Source: an uncultured delta proteobacterium (GTDB taxonomy: Bacteria > Desulfobacterota > Binatia > UTPRO1). Taken from it: a DNA stretch of 64,000 nucleotides. A program made the translations under genes and the position numbers. A model generated the notes under the pieces. That model saw only the letters and a list, made by a program, of their open reading frames with translations. It was not told where the DNA came from and did not search any database. The stretch spans positions 22,588 to 86,587 of the forward strand of contig CAVZDH010000011.1 in NCBI GenBank assembly GCA_963774015.1. Direction: 5' to 3'. Below, piece by piece: positions 29,619 through 39,250 of this stretch (its first letter is position 1; every line of letters starts with the position of its first letter).

Positions 29619-31758
29619 GGCGCCGCCCCGCACTGCGTACCGCGCTCGCGCTCGGCGGCGCGCTGCTGGTCGCGGCGGCGGTCGGCGCGTGGTACGCGGT
29701 CGCGGCCACGACGGTCCCGTCGTTCGCCGCCGTGCGGGCGCGCCATCGTCCGTCCGACGTGCCGCTGCTCGACCGCCACGGGCGCGTCGTCTCCGAGCTT
29801 CGTACCGACGCGGGCGAGCGCCGCCTGGCGTGGACGGCGCTCGCCGACCTCTCGCCGACCGTCGTCCCGGCGGTGGTCGCGGCCGAGGATCGTCGCTTCC
29901 GCACGCATCCCGGCGTCGACGCGCGCGCGCTCGTCGCCGCGGCGCTCGGCCGGCTCCACGGCGGCGCCGCGCGCGGCGCCAGCACCATCACGATGCAGCT
30001 CGCGGCGCTCCTCGATCCGTCGCTCGCCCCGCGCCGCGGCGGGCGAACGATCGGCCAGAAGCTCCGCCAGATGCGGCTCGCGCTCGCCCTCGAGCGCACC
30101 TGGAGCAAGGACCAGATCCTCGAGGCCTATCTCAACCGCGTCGCGTTTCGCGGCGAGCTGCGCGGCATCGGCGCCGCGGCGTCGTTCTGTTCGACAAGGT
30201 GCCGCACGGGCTCGACGCGGCGGAGTCGCTGGTGCTGGCGGCGCTCTTGCGAAACCCGAACGCGGACCTCGACATCGTCGTGCGGCGCGCGCGGGCGCTG
30301 GCCGGGGCGAGCGGGGCGTCCGCCGACGGCGACGCGATCACGCGCGCGGCGACGCACCTCGACGGGCGCGGCCACGCCGCGCACGTCGACTTGGCGCCGC
30401 ATCTCGGACGGCGCTTGCTCGCGGGCCACGACGCACCCGTCACCTCGACGCTCGACGCCGGCACGCAGCGCGTGGCCCGCGACGCGCTCACGCGCGCGCT
30501 CAGCGTCCTGCACGGCCGCAACGTCGAGGACGGCGCCGTCCTCGTCGCCGACAACGCGAGCGGCGACGTGCTGGCATGGGTGGGCGGCAGCGGCGCGCTC
30601 TCGCACGCCCGCTTCGTCGACACCGTGCGCGGGCGCCGGCAGCCCGGGTCCGCCCTCAAGCCCTTCCTCTACGGGCTCGCCTTCGAGCGCCGCCTCCTCA
30701 CGCCGGCGTCGCTCGTCGAGGACACGCCGCTCGCGCTCGCCGTCGCGGGTGGTCTCTATCGGCCGCGCGACTACGACGCGCAGTTCCGCGGCCTGGTGAG
30801 CGCGCGCACGGCGCTCGCCTCCTCGCTGAACGTCCCCGCGGTCCGGACGCTCGGGCTGGTCGGCGGCGACGCGTTCGTGGCGCTCCTGCGCGCGCTCGGC
30901 TTCACGGCCGCGACGGAGGACGGCGACTTCTACGGTCCGGCGCTGGCGCTCGGCGCGGTCGACGTCACGCTCGTCGAGCTGGTCGACGCCTACCGTGCGC
31001 TCGCGAACGGCGGCCTCTGGTCGCCGCTCCGGGTGACGCCGGACGCCACGGTCGTCCCGCCGACGCGCGTGCTCTCCGCGGCGACCGCGTTCCAGGTGAC
31101 CGACATCCTCGCCGACCGCGAGAGCCGCAGCACGACCTTCGGTCTCGAGAGCGCGCTCGCCACGCGCTTCTGCACCGCGGTGAAGACCGGCACCAGCAAG
31201 GAGATGCGCGACAACTGGTGCCTCGGGTTCTCGGAGCGCTACACCGTCGGCGTCTGGGTCGGGAACGCGTCGGGCGCGCCGATGCACGACGTGAGCGGCG
31301 TGAGCGGCGCCGCGCCCGTGTGGCTCGAGGTGATGACGTGGCTCCATCGCGCGACGCCGAGCGCGGCGCCGCTTCCGCCCGCCGGGCTCGTCGCCGCGAC
31401 CGTCGACTTTCCGGACGGCGTCGAGCCCGCGCGGCGCGAATGGTTCGTCGCCGGCACCGAGCCCCCGGCGCGCCGGCTCGCGGACGGAATGCCGCGCATC
31501 GTCACACCCGTCGACGGAACGATCGTCGCGCTCGATCCCGACATCCCGCGCGAGCGCCAGCGCGTCCCCCTCGAGGTCGCCGGCGCCGCCGCCGGCGTGC
31601 GCTGGCGCGTCGACGACGCCGACCTCGGTCCCGCCGCCACGCTCACCCTCTGGGAGCCGACGCCCGGCAGGCACGTCGTGCAGCTCGTCGACGCGCGGCG
31701 CCGGGCGCTCGCGGTCGCGCGCGTCGAGGTGCGCGGGGGGCGGCGATCACCGCGTTAG
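29615..31758 (+). CDS. pbpC: penicillin-binding protein 1C (transglycosylase-transpeptidase); one frameshift near 30180
   Basis: GTG start overlaps the alpha-2-macroglobulin TGA (GTGA). Transglycosylase motifs …EDRRFRTHPGVD…ASTITMQLA… in ORF frame 26540..30799, continuing as …VLFDKVPHGLDAAESLVLAALLRNP… and a transpeptidase domain in frame 29689..31758. The frame switch is at ~30175-30185. Confidence 0.75.
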
Positions 31759-31874
31759 CAACGCGAGCAATGTTGCTCTTTTGGTTGCGGCTATCACCCT
31801 GTAAGAAGTCAGCATCCGAGCGAAGAGAGAAACTGACGAGTCGTCACACGGGATCGCACGCGAAGGATCGACCG

Positions 31875-32471
31875 ATGAGCGAAGAAGCCTCGCAGCATTT
31901 TGCAAATATCCGCATGCGGAACTGGAAGAACTTCGCAGCATGTGACGTCGACCTCAAAACGCGTGTTTTTCTTGTAGGTCCCAATGCCGCGGGTAAATCC
32001 AACTTTCTGGACGCCTTTCGTTTTCTTCGCGATCTTGCTTCTCCGGGTGGAGGTTTCCAGGAAGCGGTCCGCCGTCGCGGTGGGGTCAAGGCCATCCGAT
32101 GCCTCGCGGCTCGCCGTTATCCTGACATCGAGCTCCGAGCGGTGATCCAAACTCACCAAACGGCGTCCCGCTGGGAATACGAGCTCGGCTTCAACCAGGA
32201 CAAGCGGAGAGCGAGGATCACGAAGGAGAGAGTAATTCGGGACGAACGTATTCTGCTGGAACGACCTAACGGAGACGACAAACGCGACCCAGACCAACTG
32301 ACGCAAACACATCTCGAGCAGGTCAACGTCAACCGCTCGTTCCGAGACTTGACCGTATTTTTTGAATCGATTCGCTATCTCCACATCGTTCCGCAGCTCG
32401 TTCGGGAACCCGATCGATCAGTTCTTCTTCATGGCGGCCAGACGTCGCCAGCCGCCGTTCCGGCAGCCTAG
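31875..32471 (+). CDS. N-terminal fragment (198 aa) of an AAA_15/AAA_21-type ATPase (OLD / Gabija GajA / Septu PtuA-like Walker-A domain); truncated
   Basis: …IRMRNWKNFAACDVDLKTRVFLVGPNAAGKSNFLDAFRFLRDLA…: the N-terminal beta-strand plus Walker A of RecF/SMC-like defence ATPases. The ORF stops before any Walker B or nuclease/helicase domain. Local GC is lower than the surroundings. Confidence 0.55.
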   Translation: MSEEASQHFANIRMRNWKNFAACDVDLKTRVFLVGPNAAGKSNFLDAFRFLRDLASPGGGFQEAVRRRGGVKAIRCLAARRYPDIELRAVIQTHQTASRWEYELGFNQDKRRARITKERVIRDERILLERPNGDDKRDPDQLTQTHLEQVNVNRSFRDLTVFFESIRYLHIVPQLVREPDRSVLLHGGQTSPAAVPAA

Positions 32472-32514
32472 AGCGAGCGATTCGTTGCCTGCGACGGCTG
32501 TCGGCGTCTACGAT

Positions 32515-32686
32515 CTAGGGAACCTCTGCACAGGTGGCTTCCCGGCTACGAAGCGCGATCCATCCCCGATCGACGGCGGCGCGACGCCCTCGGCGTATCG
32601 TGCAGATACGCGGTCGGGCTTCGCGCCTGGCGCTCGGGGCGGCTCGCACTTCTCGCTCGGAACCCACCTGTGCAGAGGTTCCCTAG
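32515..32686. mobile_element. MITE, family B, copy 1 (~172 bp; 23-bp perfect terminal inverted repeats GGGAACCTCTGCACAGGTGG…CCACCTGTGCAGAGGTTCCC, flanked by TA)
   Basis: c-TA-gggaacctctgcacaggtgg … ccacctgtgcagaggttccc-TA-g. The internal sequence is near-identical to 51257-51427. No coding capacity. The TA flanks are consistent with an IS630/Tc1-type TA target duplication. Confidence 0.65.
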
Positions 32687-32735
32687 CGCTACCAAATTTC
32701 ATCCAACCGCTTGCCAATCCCACCAGGCTGATGCG

Positions 32736-33917
32736 ATGTCGCGCGCCGTGACCCTGAGCCCGATCCTCAGCCCGACGCGCCTCGGGCCGCTCGCGCTGCG
32801 GAACCGCATCGTGAAGTGCGCCACCTACGAGACCCGCGCCGCGGACGGGCTGGTGACCGACGCGCTCGTCGACTGGCATCGCGAGATCGCCGCGGGCGGT
32901 GTCGCCATGACGACGCTCGCCTACTGCTCCGTCGCCGCCGACGGGCGCACCTTCAAGGATCAGATCGTGATGCGCCCGGCGGCGGCGCCCGGTCTCGCCC
33001 GCTTCGCCGCGGCGATGCACGCCGAAGGCGCGAAGGCGGCGATCCAGATCGGGCACGCCGGGTGGTTCGCGGATCCGAAAGCGACGGGGACGCGGCCGCT
33101 CGGCCCCTCGGGCACGTTCAGCCTGCATGCCCAGCGCTTCGCCCGCGCCATGAGCCTCGCCGATCTCGACCGCATCGAGCGCGATTTCGCGACGGCGGCG
33201 CGGATCGCCGTCGATGCCGGCTTCGACGGCATCGAGGTCCACGTCGGACACGGCTACCTGCTGAGCCAGTTCCTCTCGCCCTACAACAACAAGCGCCGCG
33301 ACGAGTACGGCGGCGGTCTCGAGAACCGGGCGCGCTTCCCGCGCCGGATCGTACGCGCGGTGCGCGAGGCGGCGGGACGTGCGGTCGCGATCTGGGCCAA
33401 GCTCAACATGGAGGACGGGTTCGCGAGCGGCCTCCGCAGCGACGACGGGATCGCGGTCGCGCGTCTGCTCGAAGCGGACGGCGCCCTCGACGGCTTGCAG
33501 CTCACGGGCGGGCACACCACGAAGACGCCGATGTTCCTCATGCGCGGCGCCTCGCCGCTCGTCGAGCTCTTCGGGCGCGAGCGCAATCCCGTGCGGCGGA
33601 TCGCGCTCCGCGTCGGTGCGACGTTGCTGATGCGAAACTATCCGTTCGAGGAAGCCTTCTTCCTGCCGCTCGCCCGCCGCTTCCGCGCCGCCGTCCGGCT
33701 GCCCCTCATGCTGCTCGGCGGCGTCAACGAGCAGGCCACCATGGAAGCGGCGCTCGACGAAGGCTTCGAGCTCCTCGCGCTCGGACGCGCGCTGATCCGG
33801 CAGCCCGACCTCGTCCGTCGCATCGAGGCCGGCGACTTCGACGGCTCGCTCTGCACGCACTGCAATCGCTGCGTCGCGTACGTGGGTCACGCACCGACGC
33901 GGTGCCCGCTGCGCTAG
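32736..33917 (+). CDS. Old Yellow Enzyme family NADH:flavin oxidoreductase
   Basis: …RNRIVKCATYE…HAGW…GFDGIEVHVGHGYLLSQFLSP.NN.R.DEYGG… OYE/TIM-barrel motifs. Confidence 0.85.
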   Translation: MSRAVTLSPILSPTRLGPLALRNRIVKCATYETRAADGLVTDALVDWHREIAAGGVAMTTLAYCSVAADGRTFKDQIVMRPAAAPGLARFAAAMHAEGAKAAIQIGHAGWFADPKATGTRPLGPSGTFSLHAQRFARAMSLADLDRIERDFATAARIAVDAGFDGIEVHVGHGYLLSQFLSPYNNKRRDEYGGGLENRARFPRRIVRAVREAAGRAVAIWAKLNMEDGFASGLRSDDGIAVARLLEADGALDGLQLTGGHTTKTPMFLMRGASPLVELFGRERNPVRRIALRVGATLLMRNYPFEEAFFLPLARRFRAAVRLPLMLLGGVNEQATMEAALDEGFELLALGRALIRQPDLVRRIEAGDFDGSLCTHCNRCVAYVGHAPTRCPLR

Positions 33918-33923
33918 GCCCTG

Positions 33924-34469
33924 CTAGCCCCACCGATACGCCGCGATGCCGGGGCGGCCGCTCTGACGGGCCGCGAGCCACGCGGCGGCGGGCATGGCGA
34001 TGCCCCACGTGACGGCGAGCGAGGCGAGGCTCGGCCAGAGCGCGGGGTGCAGCGTCACGACGCCGAGGCGCTGACCGGCGACGAACGCGAGCGGGCCGCC
34101 GAGCACGCCGAAGAGCGCGGCGCCGCGCGGCCGTCTCTTCATCCATGCGAGCCCGAAGTGGAACGTCATGGCGAACTGGGCCCAGACGAGCACGAGCCAC
34201 GGGGGCGGCAGCCACGACACGACGGTCCCGACGTCGAAGCGGAGCGTGCCGAGGGCGATCTGCGTGCCGTCGACGACGATGCCGATCGCGGCCGTCGCGA
34301 GCGCGAGCACGACGGCGTCGCGACGACGCACCACGAGCGCGACGTGCGCCGCGAGCGGAAGCACGCCGAGCGCGCTTCCGAGCCACGGATGCCCCCAGGC
34401 GGCTCCGAGCACGCACGCGAACCAGCCCGCCTGGTAGAGCGCGTAGTTGACGACCGCCGGGCGCGTCAC
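33924..34469 (-). CDS. DUF2878-like small membrane protein
   Basis: Five predicted TM segments, 181 aa. Family assignment from memory and tentative. Confidence 0.5.
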   Translation of the reverse strand: MTRPAVVNYALYQAGWFACVLGAAWGHPWLGSALGVLPLAAHVALVVRRRDAVVLALATAAIGIVVDGTQIALGTLRFDVGTVVSWLPPPWLVLVWAQFAMTFHFGLAWMKRRPRGAALFGVLGGPLAFVAGQRLGVVTLHPALWPSLASLAVTWGIAMPAAAWLAARQSGRPGIAAYRWG

Positions 34470-34515
34470 GGCAGCGGCGCCGGTCGGCGCGGCGCCGTCC
34501 CGAGTCGCAACCCGC

Positions 34516-35031
34516 TCACTCGAGCCGCGAGCGCACGAAGCGCGTCAGCCAGCCGACGACCGGTACGTGATCGTAGACGGCCTCGCCGAGGTCGAAGTAG
34601 TCGCGCTCCTCGAAGATGCGATCGCGGACCTTCATGTGGCTCACGCCCTGGAAGCGGCGCGCCTCGGTGCCGTCGGCCTTCGTCATCACCATCGTCCAGA
34701 AGACGGCCGCTTGGCCGGGCGCGACCACCTCGTCGGTGATGTCGAAGCGCGCGCCCGCCGACGTCTCGGCGAAGCGGGTGAAGTAGCGGCGGAGCGCCTC
34801 GAGACCGGTCACCTCGGAGATCGGGTCGCGGAAATGGACGTCCTCGGTGTAGAGGCGGTCGAGATTCTCGGCGAGCGCCGGTGTGATCGTGACGAAGCGG
34901 GCCTTGAATTGTTCGACCGCCGCGCGCGTCGCGGCAAGGCGAGCGTCCTCGCCGTCGTCCGCGGGCGCGCAACGCGGAGCGAGGAGCAGCACGGCGCCGA
35001 AGGCGACGAGCGCGACGAGTCTCGTGGGCAT
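34516..35031 (-). CDS. secreted NTF2-like/SnoaL-like fold protein
   Basis: Signal peptide MPTRLVALVAFGAVLLLAP. Size and hydrophobic core pattern of the nuclear-transport-factor-2-like superfamily. The alternative ATG at 35049 is 6 codons upstream. Confidence 0.6.
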   Translation of the reverse strand: MPTRLVALVAFGAVLLLAPRCAPADDGEDARLAATRAAVEQFKARFVTITPALAENLDRLYTEDVHFRDPISEVTGLEALRRYFTRFAETSAGARFDITDEVVAPGQAAVFWTMVMTKADGTEARRFQGVSHMKVRDRIFEERDYFDLGEAVYDHVPVVGWLTRFVRSRLE

Positions 35032-35191
35032 GCGAGACGTGTAGCGCATCTCGCGCCGCTGGCCGAACGCGTGCCCGCCGGACGGGCTTCGGCCGCGCGA
35101 ATCGCGCCGACCGAGCCGCGCGCGGGCGCCCCGAGGCGGGATCCACGCCGGGGTCGGAACCGCGGCTTCCGCGCGCGCGACGTCTCTCGCG

Positions 35192-36220
35192 CTATTCGAG
35201 CGGCGTCTCGAAGCCCAGCCGCACGCGCGCGGCGACGCCGCCGCCGACGAGCGTCACCTCGTCGTTGCCGATCAGCGCGACCGTGCGACCGCCGAGCTGA
35301 TCGCCCTCCACGAGCGCAATGGAGCGGTCGCCGACGCGAAAGGTCGCACGGCGCGTCCCGTCGAGGGCGACGATGCTCTCGAGCCGCGCCGAGTACGGCG
35401 ACGGCATGGGACGCAGTGCCGCCCGCGTCGCCGGAGCATCGTCCGCCATCGGCGCCGCATACGGTGCCGGTCCGAGCGGCGGAGCCGCCGCAAGCGCGAG
35501 CGCCTCGACGGGGACCGCCGGCGCGGGCGCGGGCGCGGACTCGGCGGGTGGAGGCATCGGTTCCGTCGACGGCGCCGCCGCGACCCGCGACACCGCCCCG
35601 CCGCTCCGCAGCAGCGCGCCCACCCCGGCACCGACCGCGAGCGCGAGAACCACGGCGCCGACGGACGCAGCGCGCCGAGCCCAGCCCCTCCCCGCGCCGA
35701 TCTCGACGCGCAGGCGCGCGTCGATGCTCCAGTCGGGTCGCGCGGCGGCGGCAGCGGGAGACTCGAAGGTGCCGACGTGCGCATCGAACGATGCCGTCCG
35801 CGTGTCGACCGACGAGGGAATCTCGTAGACGCCGAGCGCGTCGGGGCCGTCGGCGGCGACGTCGGTCCAGCGCCGGCTTCCGAACGACTCCGCACGGCCC
35901 GCGTCGCGGGCATCGCACGCGGCCGGCAGCGGCACGGGTAGACGCGACCCCAGACGGAGCGTCGGCAGGTTCGCCGCCCCCGGCGTCGGCGCGAGAGCGC
36001 CCGTCGCGGCACCCGGATCCTTCGCCGGCTGATACCGAACGCCGCGCTCTTCGGCGAAGGCGAGGACGGTCTTGAACGCGAGGCGGCTCGGTTGCGTCGT
36101 ACCGCGCTCCCAACTCGAGATGGTGGAGGCCGACCATCCCGCGGCCCGCGCGAACTCGGCCTGCGTCATGTCGAGCGCCTGGCGCAGCGACCGGATGACC
36201 TTTCCCGGCGGCGTCTCCAT
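35192..36220 (-). CDS. membrane-anchored XRE-family HTH regulator: N-terminal HTH, one TM, Pro/Ala-rich linker, C-terminal domain of unknown function
   Basis: …IRSLRQALDMTQAEFARAAGWSASTISSWERG… HTH_XRE. …VGAVVLALAVGAGVGALL… TM. PAPAPAPAVP linker. Confidence 0.7.
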   Translation of the reverse strand: METPPGKVIRSLRQALDMTQAEFARAAGWSASTISSWERGTTQPSRLAFKTVLAFAEERGVRYQPAKDPGAATGALAPTPGAANLPTLRLGSRLPVPLPAACDARDAGRAESFGSRRWTDVAADGPDALGVYEIPSSVDTRTASFDAHVGTFESPAAAAARPDWSIDARLRVEIGAGRGWARRAASVGAVVLALAVGAGVGALLRSGGAVSRVAAAPSTEPMPPPAESAPAPAPAVPVEALALAAAPPLGPAPYAAPMADDAPATRAALRPMPSPYSARLESIVALDGTRRATFRVGDRSIALVEGDQLGGRTVALIGNDEVTLVGGGVAARVRLGFETPLE

Positions 36221-36588
36221 GAGTCCACCCGTCGAGCAACGCGCGTGCCTTTGGAAATGCGCAGGGGAATCGCGCGTCAGCGTCCGGCGTGCCGGTACGC
36301 AATTGACGCCCGAGACGTTGGCGCGACACCGAGATGCCGTGCGAGGTGCCGTGACCCAGGACTCGTCCGGGGCGCGGGAGCTCCCGGCGCGGAGAGTCCG
36401 CCGCGCCGTATCCGGCCGGCGCGCACGCGCGGCGCTACCCGCTCCGAACCGACTCCGCGGCTCCCTCGCATCGCCCACGAACGCGGGCCGCAACTGCCCT
36501 GCCCTTGCTCGTACCGCTCGAAGCGTTCCTCGCCACTCTTGCCCCTCTACGTTCGAGACGCTCTCGCGAAACTTCCGTCACATCGAGG

Positions 36589-38067
36589 CTAGTGCACCGC
36601 CGCGGACGCGAGCCGCTCGGCAAACACCGCCGGCGACATCGCCACCGGCGCGATGCGCGGCGCGACGTCGGCGTCGCCGAGCGCGCGCAGCACCGCGCCC
36701 GCGGCGTCCTCGCCGCTCGCGAGACAATCGGGCACTCCGACGCCGCGGTACGCGTTGCCCGCGAGGGCCACCGCGCCGAGCGCGGCGGTGCGTTCGCGGA
36801 CGCGCGCGACGAGGTCGCCGTGGCCGACCTCGTAGATCGGCGTCGCGCGCGCGATCCGGCGGACCCGGATGAGGGAGGGCTCCGCCGTGACGCCGAGGAG
36901 GTCGGCGAGATCGCCGCGCGCCGCCGCGACGAGATCGTCGTCGGAAAGCGCGGGCGCCGCGAGCACGCTGCGCGTCAGCACGAAACCGCGCGGCGCCCGC
37001 TCCGGCCATTTCTCGCTCGCCCACGTGCAGGCCGCGGTCGGCCGCGGATCGCCGACCGCGCGCACCCAGCCGGTGCCGTCGAGGAGATGCGGAATCTCCG
37101 AGCGCCGCCACGCGAGCGTGACGACGTCGAGGCGCTTGTGCGCGATCGTCGCGAGGTCGGCAGCGAGGTCGGGCGCGAGCGGCTCGAGAAGCGCGGGCAG
37201 CGTCCACGCCGGCGTCGCGAGCACGACGGCGTCGCACCCGATCTCGCCCTTCGTCGTGCCGACGCGAAATCCGTCGCCCATGCGTGCGAGCGACCACGCC
37301 GCGACCCCGAGCTCGACGCCGAGCCCGCGCGCCGCCGCGTCCGGGAGCGAGCCCATGCCGCGGCGGAGCGTCACTGCCGGCGGCAGCACCACCTCGCCGG
37401 CGCGGGCCCGCCGACGCCGCGCCCGCAGCGCGTGCCGCATGCCGAGGACGACGCTGCCGTGCACCCGTTCGAGCTCGCAGAGACGAGGCAGGCACGTCGC
37501 CATCGACAGTCGCTGGGTGTCGGCGCCGTAGAGCCCCCCGAGCAGCGGATCGAGCACGGCGCCCGCGAGCTCGCGACCGAACCGACGGACGACGAAATCG
37601 GCGATGCTCTCGTCGCTCTCGTCGCGGCGACGCGGCACGAGCGGCTCGAGCGCGGCGCGCACCTTGCCGCCGAGCGATAGGAGCGGGCTCCGCAGGAACT
37701 CCCATGCGGCGGCCGGGCCGAGCGGACCGAGGATCGGCGGAATCGGGACGAGCGCGTCGCCGCGGGCGACATAGGTCCGCCGCGAGCCCTGACCGCACGC
37801 GACCTCCGACCCGAGGCCGAGGGCGCGGACCGCGGCCAGCCCTTCGGGCTTGGTCGTGAGCAGGCAGTCGGCGCCGTGCTCGAGCAAGAACCCGTCGCTC
37901 GTGCGCTCGCTCTCGACCAGGCCGCCGACGCGACGCGACGCCTCGAGCACCACGACGTCGACGCCCGGCGCGTCGCGCCGCAGCGCGCGCGCCGCGGCGA
38001 GACCCGCGACCCCCGCCCCGACGACGACGACGCGTGCACACGTCGGGTCGATGCGAGAGACGGTCAC
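36589..38067 (-). CDS. protoporphyrinogen/coproporphyrinogen oxidase-like FAD-dependent amine oxidase (HemY/CgoX-like)
   Basis: N-terminal VVVVGAGVAGLAAARAL dinucleotide fold; overall HemY-like length and C-terminal region. GTG start overlaps the upstream TGA (GTGA) and has an AAGGTGG RBS. Confidence 0.7.
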   Translation of the reverse strand: MTVSRIDPTCARVVVVGAGVAGLAAARALRRDAPGVDVVVLEASRRVGGLVESERTSDGFLLEHGADCLLTTKPEGLAAVRALGLGSEVACGQGSRRTYVARGDALVPIPPILGPLGPAAAWEFLRSPLLSLGGKVRAALEPLVPRRRDESDESIADFVVRRFGRELAGAVLDPLLGGLYGADTQRLSMATCLPRLCELERVHGSVVLGMRHALRARRRRARAGEVVLPPAVTLRRGMGSLPDAAARGLGVELGVAAWSLARMGDGFRVGTTKGEIGCDAVVLATPAWTLPALLEPLAPDLAADLATIAHKRLDVVTLAWRRSEIPHLLDGTGWVRAVGDPRPTAACTWASEKWPERAPRGFVLTRSVLAAPALSDDDLVAAARGDLADLLGVTAEPSLIRVRRIARATPIYEVGHGDLVARVRERTAALGAVALAGNAYRGVGVPDCLASGEDAAGAVLRALGDADVAPRIAPVAMSPAVFAERLASAAVH

Positions 38068-39119
38068 GACGCCACCGCCACCTTCCGCGGCTCGTAGGCG
38101 CAGGCCGGCTCGGCCGCGAAGAGATCGCCGGTCATCGCGTAGGCGCGCGCCCGCGAGCCACCGCACACGCGACGGAACTCGCAGACGCCGCACTTGCCGC
38201 CGAGGGCGTCGGGATCGCGGAGCGCGACGAAGGTCGGGTGGCGACGATAGACGTCGGCGAGCGCGTCGTCGCGAACCGACCCGCACGGAAACGGCAGGAA
38301 GCCGCTCGGGTAGATCTCCCCACGGTGCGAGACGAACACGATGCCCTGCCCGTCGTTCACGCCGCGCGGCGCGCGGCCGATGCCGTCGTCGATCCCGAGG
38401 ATCTCGCGCCGCTTCACCTGGTGCTGGAGCAGCACGCGCCGGAAGTGCGGCGCCGCGGTCGTCTTCACGTCGAAGGGTGCCGTGCGCGCGATCGCGACCA
38501 GCCGCTCGAGGACCGCCTCGGCGGCATCCGGCTCGAGCACGTGGAGCGCCTCCCCGCGACCGGTCGGGACGAGGAAGAAGACGCCCCAGAGATTGATGCC
38601 GAGCGCGGCGATCTCGGCGGCGATCTGCTCGAGCTCGTGGACGTTGAGGTCGGTGACGCTGGTATTCACCTGCGTGCTGAGCCCGACCGCGTGGGCGTCG
38701 CGCAGGATGGCGAGCGTGCGATCGAAGCTGCCCGCGACGCCGCGAAAGCCGTCGTGCGTCGCGGCGGTGGCGCCGTCGAGACTGACGGCGAGCCGCGCGA
38801 GGCCGGCGTCGGCGAGGGCCGCGAGCAGCATGGGCGTCACGAGCGGCGTCGCGCTCGGCGTGAGCGCGACGCGGAGGCCGATCGACGTCCCGTGGCGCAC
38901 GAGGTCGACGAGATCCGGCCGCTTCGCGGGATCACCGCCGGTCAGGACGACGAGCGGACAGCCCATCGCACGTACCTCGTCGAGGAGTCGTGCGCCTTCG
39001 GCGAAGGTCAGCTCGTCCGGGTCACGCTCCGGGCGCGCGTCGGCGCGGCAGTGCTTGCAGACGAGATCGCACGCCTGCGTGGTCTCCCAAAAGACGATGA
39101 AAGGGGCGTGCTCGAACAT
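38064..39119 (-). CDS. radical SAM/SPASM protein, AhbD/NirJ-like (haem/haem-d1-type tetrapyrrole maturase family)
   Basis: …FIVFWETTQACDLVCKHCRADA…DELTFAEGARLLDEVRAMGCPLVVLTGGDPAKRPDLVDLVRHG…GLRVAL… is close to the AhbD/NirJ N-terminal consensus (CX3CX2C). C-terminal SPASM Cys cluster CGVCEFRRVCGG. Confidence 0.7.
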   Translation of the reverse strand: MFEHAPFIVFWETTQACDLVCKHCRADARPERDPDELTFAEGARLLDEVRAMGCPLVVLTGGDPAKRPDLVDLVRHGTSIGLRVALTPSATPLVTPMLLAALADAGLARLAVSLDGATAATHDGFRGVAGSFDRTLAILRDAHAVGLSTQVNTSVTDLNVHELEQIAAEIAALGINLWGVFFLVPTGRGEALHVLEPDAAEAVLERLVAIARTAPFDVKTTAAPHFRRVLLQHQVKRREILGIDDGIGRAPRGVNDGQGIVFVSHRGEIYPSGFLPFPCGSVRDDALADVYRRHPTFVALRDPDALGGKCGVCEFRRVCGGSRARAYAMTGDLFAAEPACAYEPRKVAVAS

Positions 39120-39250
39120 GGCGCGGCGTCGCCCCTGACCGAGCAGATCGCGTGCCACGGCGTCGCGCCCGGCGCAGCACGGCAGGCTCCGATTTTCGGG
39201 ACGACCGGCGCTCGGTTTTTCGCAGCGGCGCGAATTGCGGCGGGCGTCGC

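Noticed and set aside
23026-29633. Long minus-strand ORFs (23026-26919, 27009-29633) antisense to the alpha-2-macroglobulin
   Set aside because: Shadow ORFs of a 70% GC coding region with compositionally biased (R/A/G/P) products and no homology signal.
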